The notes under the pieces were generated by a model. That model searched no databases. It worked only from the letters and a program-made list of their open reading frames with translations, and was not told the origin of the DNA. Source: an uncultured bacterium (GTDB taxonomy: Bacteria > Acidobacteriota > Thermoanaerobaculia > Multivoradales > JAHZIX01). From it: a stretch of 64,000 bases of DNA. A program made the translations under genes and the position numbers. The stretch covers positions 64,001 through 128,000 of the forward strand of contig CBDUPA010000016.1 in NCBI GenBank assembly GCA_965368975.1, read 5' to 3'. Below are positions 28,586 to 38,089 of this stretch, piece after piece. Numbering within the stretch: the first letter of the stretch is position 1; each line of letters begins with the position of its first letter.

Positions 28586-28708
28586 GAGTTCCGCGTCTGG
28601 CGTGGCGGTTCGTTCGCCAACAATCACAACAACGTGCGCTGCGCCTACCGCAACAGGAATCAACCGAACAACCAGAACAACAACATGGGTTTTCGTGTTG
28701 TTCTCCTC
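28586..28708 (+). repeat. DGR template repeat (TR)
   Basis: Copy of the VR with 11 AAC/AAT codons and 30 adenines in 123 bp, between avd and RT. Confidence 0.95.
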
Positions 28709-28842
28709 ACATTCTCCGATCGCCGGAACTTCCTGGCGGGTCTCCGACCTTTCAGGCCGAGGCGGAAAATGGCGGGGTGGGTTCCCGGCCGCATCCGGGC
28801 AATGTACACAACTGAGCCTTGCTCGGATCGGGCATATAGGTA

Positions 28843-29958
28843 GTGGCTCCGCCTCCTGGCTCCGGCCTGAGGCGGGGCGAGTTCGCCTCGGAGTTCGACC
28901 ACCTTATCGAGTGGTCGAATCTACGCCTCGCCTACCGCAAGGCCAGCAAGGGCAAGCGCGGCCGGTCCGATGTGGCCGCATTCGAGCTGTGCCTCGAAGA
29001 TAACCTCTTGGACCTGCAAGCCGACCTGCAAGCCAGAACCTATCGCCCCGGCGGCTATCGAAGTTTCTTTATCCACGAGCCAAAACGTCGGCGCATCAGT
29101 GCCGCACCGTTTCGGGATCGCGTAGTGCACCACGCGCTGTGCAACGTGATCGAGGAGCGCTTCGAACGCTCGTTTGTTTCTGAGAGTTTCGCCAACCGAG
29201 TTGGCAAGGGTACCCATCGAGCGCTCGAACACGCCCAAGACTGTGCGCAGCGATTCCGTTTCGTCGTCCAACTCGACATCCGGCAGTTCTTCCCCAGCAT
29301 CGATCACGAGATTCTGTTCGCGTTGCTGCGGCGGAAGATCGAAGACTCCGCAGTGCTCTGGTTGATCGGGCTGATCCTGGCCTCGGGAGAGGGAGTGCTG
29401 GCGGACGAGTACGATCAGGTCTTCTTTCCGGGTGATGATCTGTGGGCTGCGTTGCGACCGAGGGGCTTGCCCATTGGCAACTTGACCAGTCAGTTCTGGG
29501 CCAATGTCTACATGAGCGGTCTGGATCACAAGATCAAGCGGCAGCTGCGTTGCCGGGGGTATGCACGCTACGTAGACGACCTGCTCTTGTTCTCGAACAG
29601 CAAGCGTGAGCTGTGGATGTGGAAAGGGGCGCTGGGGGCGGAGCTGGAGCGCTTGAGGCTGAAGGTTCATCCCGGCGTGCAACCACGGCCGGTGCCAGAA
29701 GGTGTTCCGTTTTTGGGCTTCGTGATCTATCCGCACAAGCGCCTGCTCAAGCGGCGCAAGGCGGTGCACTACCGGCGACGTTTGCGGGGCAAGCTGAGGG
29801 CCTCGACTCAGGCAGAAGAGCCGTTGCGGCAGAGCGTGCAATCGTGGTTGAATCATTGCCGATACGGGAACACGTTTCATTTGTGTGCGAAGCTCCTGGC
29901 GGAGGCTGGAGTTAGCTGCGAGTTGTGGCCGGAGGAACTGGCCGCCCATGATCTGTGA
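28843..29958 (+). CDS. DGR reverse transcriptase
   Basis: 371 aa with PKRRRISAAPFRDRVVHHA, GKGTH, LDIRQFFPSIDH, RGLPIGNLTSQFWAN (DGR-type motif), RYVDD and PFLGF. No endonuclease domain. Confidence 0.95.
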   Translation: MAPPPGSGLRRGEFASEFDHLIEWSNLRLAYRKASKGKRGRSDVAAFELCLEDNLLDLQADLQARTYRPGGYRSFFIHEPKRRRISAAPFRDRVVHHALCNVIEERFERSFVSESFANRVGKGTHRALEHAQDCAQRFRFVVQLDIRQFFPSIDHEILFALLRRKIEDSAVLWLIGLILASGEGVLADEYDQVFFPGDDLWAALRPRGLPIGNLTSQFWANVYMSGLDHKIKRQLRCRGYARYVDDLLLFSNSKRELWMWKGALGAELERLRLKVHPGVQPRPVPEGVPFLGFVIYPHKRLLKRRKAVHYRRRLRGKLRASTQAEEPLRQSVQSWLNHCRYGNTFHLCAKLLAEAGVSCELWPEELAAHDL

Positions 29959-30010
29959 GGGTAAGTTGTTCGAATTCGTTTACTAACGATTGAGTCTTCA
30001 AGAGGTTCAC

Positions 30011-33000
30011 ATGACGGACCCTTTTTCCAGCATTCTGATCGGCGCCGCCGGTAACGTCACCGCCGGTCTGATTTCCTCCTCCATCGGTGAAGTCGGGGCG
30101 TGGCTCAAGGGAGATGCGGAGCGCGAAGCGGCGCTGAACCGAGCTACACAGACGGGACTGGCCGCCCTCCTGGTCAAGGCCAAGGGGCAGGCCCCGGACC
30201 TGTCCGATCACGTCGAGACTGCCTTCCAGCTGCCCTTGCGCCATCCGGACCTGATGGCGGATCTCGGTAAGCTGCTGCAGGTGGCGCTGCGCGGCCGAGA
30301 GTTCGACAGCGAGACCGGAGCACGCCTGTTCAGGGAATACCAGTTCGATCTCGCGGATCTACCGGGCCTCGACCTGCAGGAGTGCTTGCGCGAGCTAGAG
30401 GCGGCGTTCATCGAGACCGCTGACCGCCAGGAGGTCCTGCAGACCGAACTGCTGACCTTCCACGCCCGCCGGCACTCGCAGTTGCTGGAGGAGGCTGTGG
30501 CGCTGCTGCGGCGCATCGGAACGGCGCCTGCGGGGCTCGCTGGTGCGGCGGACGCAGAGACGACGCGTCAGTTGTACCTCCAGCAACTGGCGAGGCATTG
30601 CCAGGCGCTGCCGTTGGCCGAGCTGGGTGGCAAGGGGCAGGGGTTGACCAAGGTGCGGCTTGGCGATGTCTTCATCGAGCTGAACACCCAGACGCGGATC
30701 CCGCGGACGCCGGAAGAGAAGAAGGTCTTCGAAGAAGAGCACGGCTACCCCTCGGATGATCGCCTACTGACCGCCGAGCAGGCCGCGGACCGGCACCCGC
30801 AGCTGGTGCTGCTGGGCCACCCCGGTAGCGGCAAGAGTTCGTTCATCCGGCATCTGGTGGCACGGCTGGCGGCTCCGGGGCCGGCTGCCCCCGCACCGCC
30901 GTGGGCGGAGGGATTGCTACCGGTCCTGCTCGTCTTGCGCCATCTGGCGCCCCTCCTCGCCCGGCTCGAGCTTGACTCGCTCGACCTGGAGCAACGGCGG
31001 CAGCGGCTGGGCGAGGCGCTGCAGGCGGCCGTGGTCGAGAGCGCCAGGCTGTGCGGTGCGGAAGCCTTCGGGGAGAGGCTGCGCGAGGCTCTGATCAGCG
31101 GCCGCTGCCTGCTGGTCCTGGACGGGCTGGACGAGGTGCCGGCGAAGCTGCGACCGATCGTCCGGCGCGCGGTTGAGGCCGCGCTGCAAACCTACAGCCT
31201 CGCCCGCGTGATCGTGACCTGTCGGGTCCATTCCTACCAGGGCCGGGCGCAGCTGCCGGACTTCACCGTCCACGAACTGATGCCGCTGACTTCCGGCCAG
31301 GTCGAGCGCTTCGTAGAGGTGTGGTACCACGCCCGCCACCTCCACGGGTATGTCACCGCGGCGGAGGCCGAAGAGCGGGCCGAAGACTTGAAGCGCGGGG
31401 CGCGGGGCCTGCTTCAGCTGGCGGACAATCCGATGCTGCTGACCACGATGGCCCTGGTCCACCAGCAGAATATCCGGCTGCCGCCGCAGAAGGTCTGTCT
31501 CTACCACGAAGCGGTCAAGGTGCTGCTGGTGCGCTGGCAGGAAAGCAAGGGGCTGATCCGGGAACTGGCTCCGCGGCTGGTCGAGATCCTGAACGAGGAC
31601 GGCCGCATCCGCCCGGTGCTGGAGCGGCTGGCCTTCGAGATCCACCGCAGGGAGCAGGAGGTGGGTGAGAGCGAGGAGTCCGGCCTGGAATGGGAGCGGA
31701 TGCTCAAGATTCTCAAGGCACCGGTGTACCTGGGTTCGACATCCCTGGCGGAGGCCTTCCTGGAGTACGTCGATCAGCAGGCCGGGATTCTGGTGGGTCG
31801 CGGTGGGGGACCGGACGACGCGTTGCGCTACAGCTTCCCGCATCGCACCTTCCAGGAATACCTGGCTGGCTGTTATCTGGTCAGCCAGTCGGAACCGGTG
31901 ACGGAGATCTATCAGCAAGCGGCGGCCGGCGACTTCTGGTACCTACCCGTGCAGCTGGCGGCGGAAGAACTGCTGCACAACCGCCGAGTTCCTCAATTCC
32001 TGCTGCGCATCGCGGTGGGTCTGTTTCCGGTGGGCGGCAAGCGCGATCAGCCGGCACGACGTGCCAGCCTGTGGGCGGCTTGGATGGCGGCCCTGCTGGA
32101 AGCGCAGCCGGGTGGAGTGACGAGCAGCGGCCCAGAGAGTTGGAAGAGCTTTCTGGCGCGCTGTCGCAAGCGGTTGGTCTCGCTGTTGGGCAAGGGGCTG
32201 CCGGTGCGGGAGCGCGTGGAGGCGGGACGGTTGCTGGCCAAGCTGGGGGATCCGCGGCCGGAGGTGATGACGGTGGACGGGATGGAGTTCTGCCGCGTGC
32301 CGGCGGGGCCGTTCTGGATGGGGAGTGAGGAACAGCCGTCAGTCGCTTACCACAAGGAGACTCCGATCACGCGCCAGGAAGTGGACTACGACTTCTGGAT
32401 GGCGCGCTATCCGGTGACGCAGGCGCAGTTCCGGCGGTTCGTGGACGCGGGGGGCTATCGCGAGGCACAGTTGTGGGCGGAGGCGCAAGCCGCTGAGTAC
32501 TGGACGGCGGAAGCAGGATTCAAGGGCCGTCTGGGGCCGGTCTTGAAGGGAGAGCCGTTCGACTTGCCGAATCACCCGGCAGTGGGGGTGAGCTGGTTCG
32601 AGGCGCTGGCGTTCACGCGCTGGCTGACGGCACGGGCGTGGGACGAAGGCTGGTTACCGTCCGGGTGGCGGGTGGCGTTGCCGTCCGAGTTGGAGTGGGA
32701 GAAGGCGGCGCGGGGTGGGGAGCAGGTGCCGGTCTCGGTGGTCCGAGCCCGGCTGGAGGTGGTGCGCGAAGGGCTCGGGAGGCTGGATGGCGAGCTGGTA
32801 GAGAACCCGGAACCGCGTCGCGTCTATCCGTGGGGCGGGGACTTCGATGCGGACACGGTGAATTCTCACGGCCGTCTAGGCGGCACCTCGACGCCAGGGG
32901 TGTTTCCACAGGGGGCGAGCCCGGTGGGCTGTGAGGAGCTGAGCGGTACGGTGTGGGAGTGGACGAGGAGCAGCTTGGGCGAGTATCCCTATCCCGCCGA

Positions 33001-33202
33001 TCCCGAGGGTCGCCGAGACATAGAGAATATTTCGAATGTTAGTAAGTCTCGCGTGGTGCGCGGTGGTTCGTGGAACGACAGTCTCACCTACGTGCGCTGC
33101 GCCTGCCGCTTCGGCTGGCGTCCGGGCGTCCAGGACTTCAACTGCGGTTTTCGTGTTGTTCTCCTCCCATCCACTCTGAACTCTGTCTTCTCTGAGCTCT
33201 GA
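30011..33202 (+). CDS. DGR target 2: N-terminal helical domain + NACHT NTPase + FGE-sulfatase-like (CLec fold) domain with C-terminal VR
   Basis: ATG 30011 after a GAGG SD. GHPGSGKS, VLDGLDEV, FPHRTFQEYLA, LPSELEWEKAARG, GTVWEW, RGGSW, GFRV. Collinear paralog of target 1. Confidence 0.95.
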   Translation: MTDPFSSILIGAAGNVTAGLISSSIGEVGAWLKGDAEREAALNRATQTGLAALLVKAKGQAPDLSDHVETAFQLPLRHPDLMADLGKLLQVALRGREFDSETGARLFREYQFDLADLPGLDLQECLRELEAAFIETADRQEVLQTELLTFHARRHSQLLEEAVALLRRIGTAPAGLAGAADAETTRQLYLQQLARHCQALPLAELGGKGQGLTKVRLGDVFIELNTQTRIPRTPEEKKVFEEEHGYPSDDRLLTAEQAADRHPQLVLLGHPGSGKSSFIRHLVARLAAPGPAAPAPPWAEGLLPVLLVLRHLAPLLARLELDSLDLEQRRQRLGEALQAAVVESARLCGAEAFGERLREALISGRCLLVLDGLDEVPAKLRPIVRRAVEAALQTYSLARVIVTCRVHSYQGRAQLPDFTVHELMPLTSGQVERFVEVWYHARHLHGYVTAAEAEERAEDLKRGARGLLQLADNPMLLTTMALVHQQNIRLPPQKVCLYHEAVKVLLVRWQESKGLIRELAPRLVEILNEDGRIRPVLERLAFEIHRREQEVGESEESGLEWERMLKILKAPVYLGSTSLAEAFLEYVDQQAGILVGRGGGPDDALRYSFPHRTFQEYLAGCYLVSQSEPVTEIYQQAAAGDFWYLPVQLAAEELLHNRRVPQFLLRIAVGLFPVGGKRDQPARRASLWAAWMAALLEAQPGGVTSSGPESWKSFLARCRKRLVSLLGKGLPVRERVEAGRLLAKLGDPRPEVMTVDGMEFCRVPAGPFWMGSEEQPSVAYHKETPITRQEVDYDFWMARYPVTQAQFRRFVDAGGYREAQLWAEAQAAEYWTAEAGFKGRLGPVLKGEPFDLPNHPAVGVSWFEALAFTRWLTARAWDEGWLPSGWRVALPSELEWEKAARGGEQVPVSVVRARLEVVREGLGRLDGELVENPEPRRVYPWGGDFDADTVNSHGRLGGTSTPGVFPQGASPVGCEELSGTVWEWTRSSLGEYPYPADPEGRRDIENISNVSKSRVVRGGSWNDSLTYVRCACRFGWRPGVQDFNCGFRVVLLPSTLNSVFSEL
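33077..33166 (+). repeat. DGR variable repeat VR2
   Basis: 90-bp ungapped match to the 3' part of the TR (28619-28708) with 21 mismatches at TR adenines and 4 non-A mismatches. Confidence 0.9.
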
Positions 33203-33228
33203 AGCTCTGATCTGAGAGGTGGGGGAGC

Positions 33229-33250
33229 CCGAGGGGGCTTGCCCCCTCGG
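33229..33250 (+). other. DGR target hairpin/cruciform downstream of VR2
   Basis: CCGAGGGGG-CTTG-CCCCCTCGG within GGGGAGCCCGAGGGGGCTTGCCCCCTCGGAGGAT, shared with target 1. Confidence 0.85.
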
Positions 33251-33274
33251 AGGATCGTGCCGCCGATCCCCGGA

Positions 33275-33419
33275 GGGCGCAATGCCTTGCGCCCCTACGC
33301 CCCACCCTTCCCCACGAACGTTACGCATCCAGGACGCTCATCCCAGCCACCACTGTGGTCGTGCCATGCGTAGCGTTCGGTCGGGGGGAGGGTCCGTAGG
33401 GGCGCAGGGGTCTGCGCCC
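33275..33419. repeat. Two intergenic GTAG-type REP palindromes
   Basis: Inverted GTAGGGGCGCAAGGCATTGCGCCC (33298-33275) and GTAGGGGCGCAGGGGTCTGCGCCC (33396-33419). Confidence 0.75.
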
Positions 33420-33450
33420 TCTGCTCTGCTCCCATCCGGCTCTCCGGTCG

Positions 33451-34389
33451 CTATCCAACCACCAACCCGACCCCCAACAACAGGCTCACCAGCAACAACA
33501 ACCGCGCCGTCTCCCCCAGCAGCGGATTCAACGCCCCGCCATCCCGCGTCCACACTCTTCTCACCAACACGACCGCCAACGGCAACGTGACCCACGGCAG
33601 CAACACCCACCGCGACGCCAGCCCCATTCCGACCACCACCCCCGGCACCACGTACGCGACGCTGAGCAGCAACAAGTACTCCACCCGCGTCCCCGTCGCA
33701 CCGAGCCGCACCGCCAGCGTGCGTTTCCCGGCTCGGGCATCCGTCTCCCGGTCGCGCAAGTTGTTGACCACCAGGATCGCCGTCGACAGACACCCCACGG
33801 TCACCGAGCACCACCACGCCAGCTCCGGAATCCGCAGCATCTGCGCGTAGACGGTTCCGCAGACGGCGACGAAGCCGAAGAAAATCATCACGAAGATGTC
33901 TCCGAGCCCGTGATACGCCAGCGGAAAAGGCCCGCCGGTGTAGGCGACAGCGCAGACGACCGCCACCAGGCCGATGACGAAGAGGGGCCAGCCGGCTTCG
34001 TAGCTGAGGTAGAGACCACTGATAAAAGCGAGCGTCAGCGCGAGCGCCAGGCCGGCCCGCATCTGCCGGGGCGTCAGCAGGCCGGCGGCGACGGCGCGGG
34101 TGGGGCCGAGACGGTCTTCTGTGTCGGCCCCTTTTTCGAAATCGAAGACGTCGTTGGCGAAGTTCGTCCCGATCTGGATCCAGATCGCCACCATCAGGGC
34201 GCCGAGAGCGGGCCCCAGCCGGAAACCGCCGGCGTGCCAGGCGAGGGCGGTGCCGACGAGAACGGGGGCGATGCCGGCCCACAGGGTGGCGGGACGGACA
34301 GCCAGGATCCAAGCTTGGAAGGACCCCGGCGGGGCCACCACTGGCTGTACCGACTCGGAACGGACTTCGCCTTGGACGGTCTGTGTCAT
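33451..34389 (-). CDS. menA: 1,4-dihydroxy-2-naphthoate polyprenyltransferase
   Basis: [54 protein letters not shown]; multiple TM segments. Confidence 0.93.
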   Translation of the reverse strand: MTQTVQGEVRSESVQPVVAPPGSFQAWILAVRPATLWAGIAPVLVGTALAWHAGGFRLGPALGALMVAIWIQIGTNFANDVFDFEKGADTEDRLGPTRAVAAGLLTPRQMRAGLALALTLAFISGLYLSYEAGWPLFVIGLVAVVCAVAYTGGPFPLAYHGLGDIFVMIFFGFVAVCGTVYAQMLRIPELAWWCSVTVGCLSTAILVVNNLRDRETDARAGKRTLAVRLGATGTRVEYLLLLSVAYVVPGVVVGMGLASRWVLLPWVTLPLAVVLVRRVWTRDGGALNPLLGETARLLLLVSLLLGVGLVVG

Positions 34390-34404
34390 CGCCGCGCCAT
34401 CACG

Positions 34405-35244
34405 TCACGGGTAGCGCTTGAAGGACTTGAAGTTGGGCTTGCGCTTCTCGAGGAACGCGTTCTTGCCTTCCTGGCCTTCTTCGGTCATGTAGTACAGCAG
34501 CGTCGCGTTGCCGGCGAGTTCCTGCAGACCGGCCTGACCGTCGCAATCAGCGTTGAGGGCCGACTTCATGCAGCGGATGGCGAGCGGGCTGCGCTCGAGC
34601 ATCTCGCGGCACCACTGGATGGTTTCGGCTTCCAACTGGTCGAGCGGCACGACGGTGTTGACCATGCCCATGTCGAGGGCTTCCTGGGCGCTGTATTGAC
34701 GGCACAGGAACCAGATCTCGCGCGCCTTCTTCTGGCCGACGTGGCGGGCCAGGAAGGAGGCGCCGTAGCCGCCGTCGAAGCTGCCGACTTTGGGGCCGGT
34801 CTGGCCGAAGATGGCGTTGTCGGCGGCGATGGTGAGGTCGCACATGACGTGCAGCACGTGACCACCGCCGATGGCGTAGCCGGCGACCATGGCGACGACA
34901 GGCTTGGGGATGGTGCGGATCTGGCGCTGTAGGTCGAGGACGTTGAGGCGCGGGGTGCCTTCGCCGTCGACGTAGCCGGCGTCGCCGCGGATGCGCTGGT
35001 CGCCGCCGGAGCAGAAGGCCTTGGTGCCGGCGCCGGTGAGCACGACGACGCCGACTTCTTCGTCGTTGCGTGCCAGCTCCATGGCGATGCTCATCTCCTT
35101 GACGGTGAGCGGCCGGAAGGCGTTGTGGATCTCCGGGCGGTTCATGGTGATCTTGGCGATGCCTTCGGGGTCGCCGTCGCTATAGGCCTTTTCGTACAGG
35201 ATATCGGTGAACTCGGCGGCGGAGCGCCATTCGACTTGACTCAT
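34405..35244 (-). CDS. menB: 1,4-dihydroxy-2-naphthoyl-CoA synthase
   Basis: From ATG 35244: [41 protein letters not shown]. Confidence 0.96.
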   Translation of the reverse strand: MSQVEWRSAAEFTDILYEKAYSDGDPEGIAKITMNRPEIHNAFRPLTVKEMSIAMELARNDEEVGVVVLTGAGTKAFCSGGDQRIRGDAGYVDGEGTPRLNVLDLQRQIRTIPKPVVAMVAGYAIGGGHVLHVMCDLTIAADNAIFGQTGPKVGSFDGGYGASFLARHVGQKKAREIWFLCRQYSAQEALDMGMVNTVVPLDQLEAETIQWCREMLERSPLAIRCMKSALNADCDGQAGLQELAGNATLLYYMTEEGQEGKNAFLEKRKPNFKSFKRYP

Positions 35245-36152
35245 GGATGCATCTCCTCGGGAGGTGTCGTCAACAAGTCGGCCACAGTGGCCGGGTCTTC
35301 GAGTAGGGGATTGTGGCCGACGCCGGGCAGCAGGTGGACGGGCGGTCCAGTGGCTTCCGAGCTGGCTTCCGAGCTGGCCTCCGAGGAGGCTTCCGAGGCG
35401 GCGGCCAGGCGGTCGGCGAGGGTGCGGGCGAGGGCGCTGAACTTGGCGTCCTCGCCGCCGACGATCAGGGTGAGGTGGGGCTGGGAACGGCGCGTGCGCC
35501 AGCTGTCGACCAGGCGGTGGCCGTAGTCGGGCATCTCGGCGAGGCCGAGGATTTCGAGGCTGCGCGCCAGGCCCTCGGCGCTGTGCTGACGGCGCCAGCG
35601 TCGCTGCGCTTCTTGGAGGTCGGCGGGGAGCTGCTGCTGGCTGGCGAACAGAGGCAGGGCTTCCCAGGCGTCGAGGAAAGCATCGAGTCCTTCTGCACGT
35701 AGCAGATCGATCCAGCGACGGTCGGCGGTGCGGCGCTCCTGGCGCTGGATGTCGCCTTCGCGGCCTTCCGGCAGGCCGGGGTGGACGCCGATCAGCGTGA
35801 CGCGCGCCAGCTCTTGCTCGGAGAGAGCCTCTCGGGAAGCGCCACCGCCGAGCCCGTGCTCGACCAGCACGCCGAGCGCGACGCGGGCGCCCAGTGAGTA
35901 GCCGGCGAGGTGGACCGGCTGGCCGGTGGTGGTGGCGAGCTGGCGCACGTGTTCGGCGATGCGGGCGGTCTCGTCGGCAAAGCTCATACTGCGATGGCCG
36001 GCAGGGGGTTGAGTGGCTCGAGGTAGACCGTGCCCGAGCAGGTCGGGGGTGCGCACCGTGACGCGTGAGTGGCGGGCGCGCAGGTGGTCGATGACGGGGC
36101 ACCAGGCGTCGCCGCCACCGGTGAAGCCGTGCAGCAGGAGGAGCGGGTTCAT
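35241..36152 (-). CDS. menH: SHCHC synthase (alpha/beta hydrolase)
   Basis: [38 protein letters not shown] overlaps with both menD and menB. Confidence 0.88.
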   Translation of the reverse strand: MNPLLLLHGFTGGGDAWCPVIDHLRARHSRVTVRTPDLLGHGLPRATQPPAGHRSMSFADETARIAEHVRQLATTTGQPVHLAGYSLGARVALGVLVEHGLGGGASREALSEQELARVTLIGVHPGLPEGREGDIQRQERRTADRRWIDLLRAEGLDAFLDAWEALPLFASQQQLPADLQEAQRRWRRQHSAEGLARSLEILGLAEMPDYGHRLVDSWRTRRSQPHLTLIVGGEDAKFSALARTLADRLAAASEASSEASSEASSEATGPPVHLLPGVGHNPLLEDPATVADLLTTPPEEMHP

Positions 36153-38089
36153 CGCGCCTCCAACATCGGGCGCAGACGCGTGTCGACGTCGGCCCACAGG
36201 CGGCGCTGGAAGGCGGCGGCGCTGAGGTCGCCGTCGGTGGGGACGAGGACTTCGACGACGGTGGGACGGGCCGCGGCGCGCGCTTCGGCGAGGGCGCGGC
36301 GCAGGTCGTCGGCGCTGCGCACGCGTTCGTGGCGCAGGCCCCAGAGCTGGGCGGCGGGGCCGAGGTCGCGGCCATGCGGGGTGGTCCAGTGACGCAGGGT
36401 TTCGGCGTCGATGCCAGGCGTGCGGGCGATTGGCAGCATCTCGAAGATGCGGCCGCCGTCGTTGTGCAGCACGACGATTACGAACGGCACGTCGAGCTGG
36501 GCGGCGCAGGCGAGGCCGCCGAGGTCGTGCAGGAAGCTGACGTCGCCGAGCAGCAGGGTGGCGGGGCGGCCGGCGGCCTGGGCGGCCCCAGCGGTGCCGG
36601 CGATCAGGCCGTCGATACCGTTGGCGCCGCGCTGGCTCCACACGCGCAGGTCTTTGCGCCGCGCGCGGCACCAGGTGTCGACGTGCCGCACGGCCAGGCT
36701 GTTGCCCAGGGCCAGCAGTTCGCCGGCGGCGGTGCTGTCGACGGTCAGGCGGGTGGCGAGAGCTTCGGTCAGCGGGTCGCCAGTGTCTTCGAGCAGGCCA
36801 TCGGCGCTCGCCCAGGCGTTCCGGTTGGCCAGTGTCCAGCTGCGACGCCAGGGGGAGGTCGAGCCGTCTTCCTCGTCCGCGGCGCGGTGAAAGACGCGGC
36901 GCGGGCCTTGTTCTAGCTGGTCGGCGACGGCCGTGGCGATGTCGCCGACGTCGCCGTAGATCAGGGCCTCGGCGCTGGAGCCGGGGTCGTTCCAGCCGTG
37001 GGCGGCGAGGACGAAGCGGCGGTGGCGTGGGTGTTCGTCGAGGTAGCGTTGCCACAGGCCGGAGGTGGGCGGGGCACCGACTTGAAGGACGACGTCCGGC
37101 GCGTGGGTGCGGCGGAAGGCTTCGCTGTGGAGCAGTGTGTCGAAGGCGTCGGCGTGCAGGATCTCGTCAGGGGGGATGGCCGCGTCGCAGGCAAAGAAGC
37201 GCAGTTGACTGGTGGCCTCGGCGAGCAGTGGATAGCCGGTGAGCGCGGCCAGGCGCAGGATGGCGGTGCGCGGTGTGTGCCGTGCGTGCTGGGTGCTCTG
37301 TGTGTGCTGGGTCAGGGCTGCCGGGCCGGCGACGATCAAGCCGGAACGCGCCGCGCGGCAAGCGCTGACGAGTAGCTGAATGGCTTCGGCGTTCGGCTGT
37401 GTTTGCGGTGCGTAGGGACGAGTTATTGGCTGCTGGCACAGGGCGTCGACGCGGCGGAAGAGGTCGTGCTCGGGATGGTGGTGCTCAGGACGGTGGTGCT
37501 CGGGATTGGCCGCATGCGCTGGTTCGACGTCTTCGAGCGGGTACGGTTCGAGGGGTTTGCGCGCGCGGGCGTTCAGGTGGACGGCGCCGGGACGCGGCCA
37601 GCGGCTGGTGAAGACGGCCTGGGCGGCGGCACGGCGCAGACCGCGCAGGGCGGCGTCACCGGCTTCGGGGGCGCCGAGGTCGAAGAAGGCGCGGGCGTGG
37701 TCGCCGAAGAGTTTCAGCTGGTCGATGGTCTGCGGTGCGGCGCACTGCGTCAGCTCGACGGGGCGGTCGGCGGTCAGGGCGAGCAGCGGTACGTGCGCCT
37801 GGGCGGCTTCGATGACGGCCGGCAGGTAGTGGGCGCCGGCGGTGCCGGAGGTGCATAGCAGCAGGCTGGGCCGACCGCTGGCGCGCGCCTGACCGAGGGC
37901 GTAGAAGGCGGCGGCGCGTTCGTCGTGGATGTCGGTGCAGGTCAAGTCTGGGTGCGCGATGGCGGCGGCGACGAAGGGGGTCGAGCGCGAGCCGGGGCTG
38001 ATGACCACGTCGGTGACACCGGCGGCGGCGAAGCTGTCGAGCAGCAGCCGCGCCCACTCGGTGAGCAGGTTGGCGGCCGCCGTGCTCAC
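36149..38089 (-). CDS. menD: SEPHCHC synthase
   Basis: [53 protein letters not shown]. Confidence 0.94.
   Translation of the reverse strand: MSTAAANLLTEWARLLLDSFAAAGVTDVVISPGSRSTPFVAAAIAHPDLTCTDIHDERAAAFYALGQARASGRPSLLLCTSGTAGAHYLPAVIEAAQAHVPLLALTADRPVELTQCAAPQTIDQLKLFGDHARAFFDLGAPEAGDAALRGLRRAAAQAVFTSRWPRPGAVHLNARARKPLEPYPLEDVEPAHAANPEHHRPEHHHPEHDLFRRVDALCQQPITRPYAPQTQPNAEAIQLLVSACRAARSGLIVAGPAALTQHTQSTQHARHTPRTAILRLAALTGYPLLAEATSQLRFFACDAAIPPDEILHADAFDTLLHSEAFRRTHAPDVVLQVGAPPTSGLWQRYLDEHPRHRRFVLAAHGWNDPGSSAEALIYGDVGDIATAVADQLEQGPRRVFHRAADEEDGSTSPWRRSWTLANRNAWASADGLLEDTGDPLTEALATRLTVDSTAAGELLALGNSLAVRHVDTWCRARRKDLRVWSQRGANGIDGLIAGTAGAAQAAGRPATLLLGDVSFLHDLGGLACAAQLDVPFVIVVLHNDGGRIFEMLPIARTPGIDAETLRHWTTPHGRDLGPAAQLWGLRHERVRSADDLRRALAEARAAARPTVVEVLVPTDGDLSAAAFQRRLWADVDTRLRPMLEAR

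Larger units (their letters stand above)
24891..33250 (+). mobile_element. Diversity-generating retroelement locus: target1-avd-TR-RT-target2
   Basis: Avd, an AAC-rich TR, a DGR-class RT and two VRs that differ from the TR mainly at adenines. Confidence 0.95.

Noticed and set aside
28505-28843. 112-aa Asn-rich ORF
   Set aside because: It is the TR read in the VR frame. It overlaps avd and is best explained as non-coding template.
28843-29958. RT as a group II intron, retron or CRISPR-associated RT
   Set aside because: It is short, has the LPIGNLTSQ motif and no endonuclease or Cas1 domain, and sits with avd and a TR/VR pair.
24891-33202. Targets as formylglycine-generating enzymes or phage tail fibres
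   Set aside because: The FGE-like domain is fused to a NACHT NTPase and carries the VR, and there are no sulfatase or phage genes in the window.
35245-37055. Long N-terminal extensions of the track ORFs for menB (to 36375) and menH (to 37055)
   Set aside because: Off-frame overlaps with the upstream genes. The true starts at 35244 and 36152 form ATGA overlaps.
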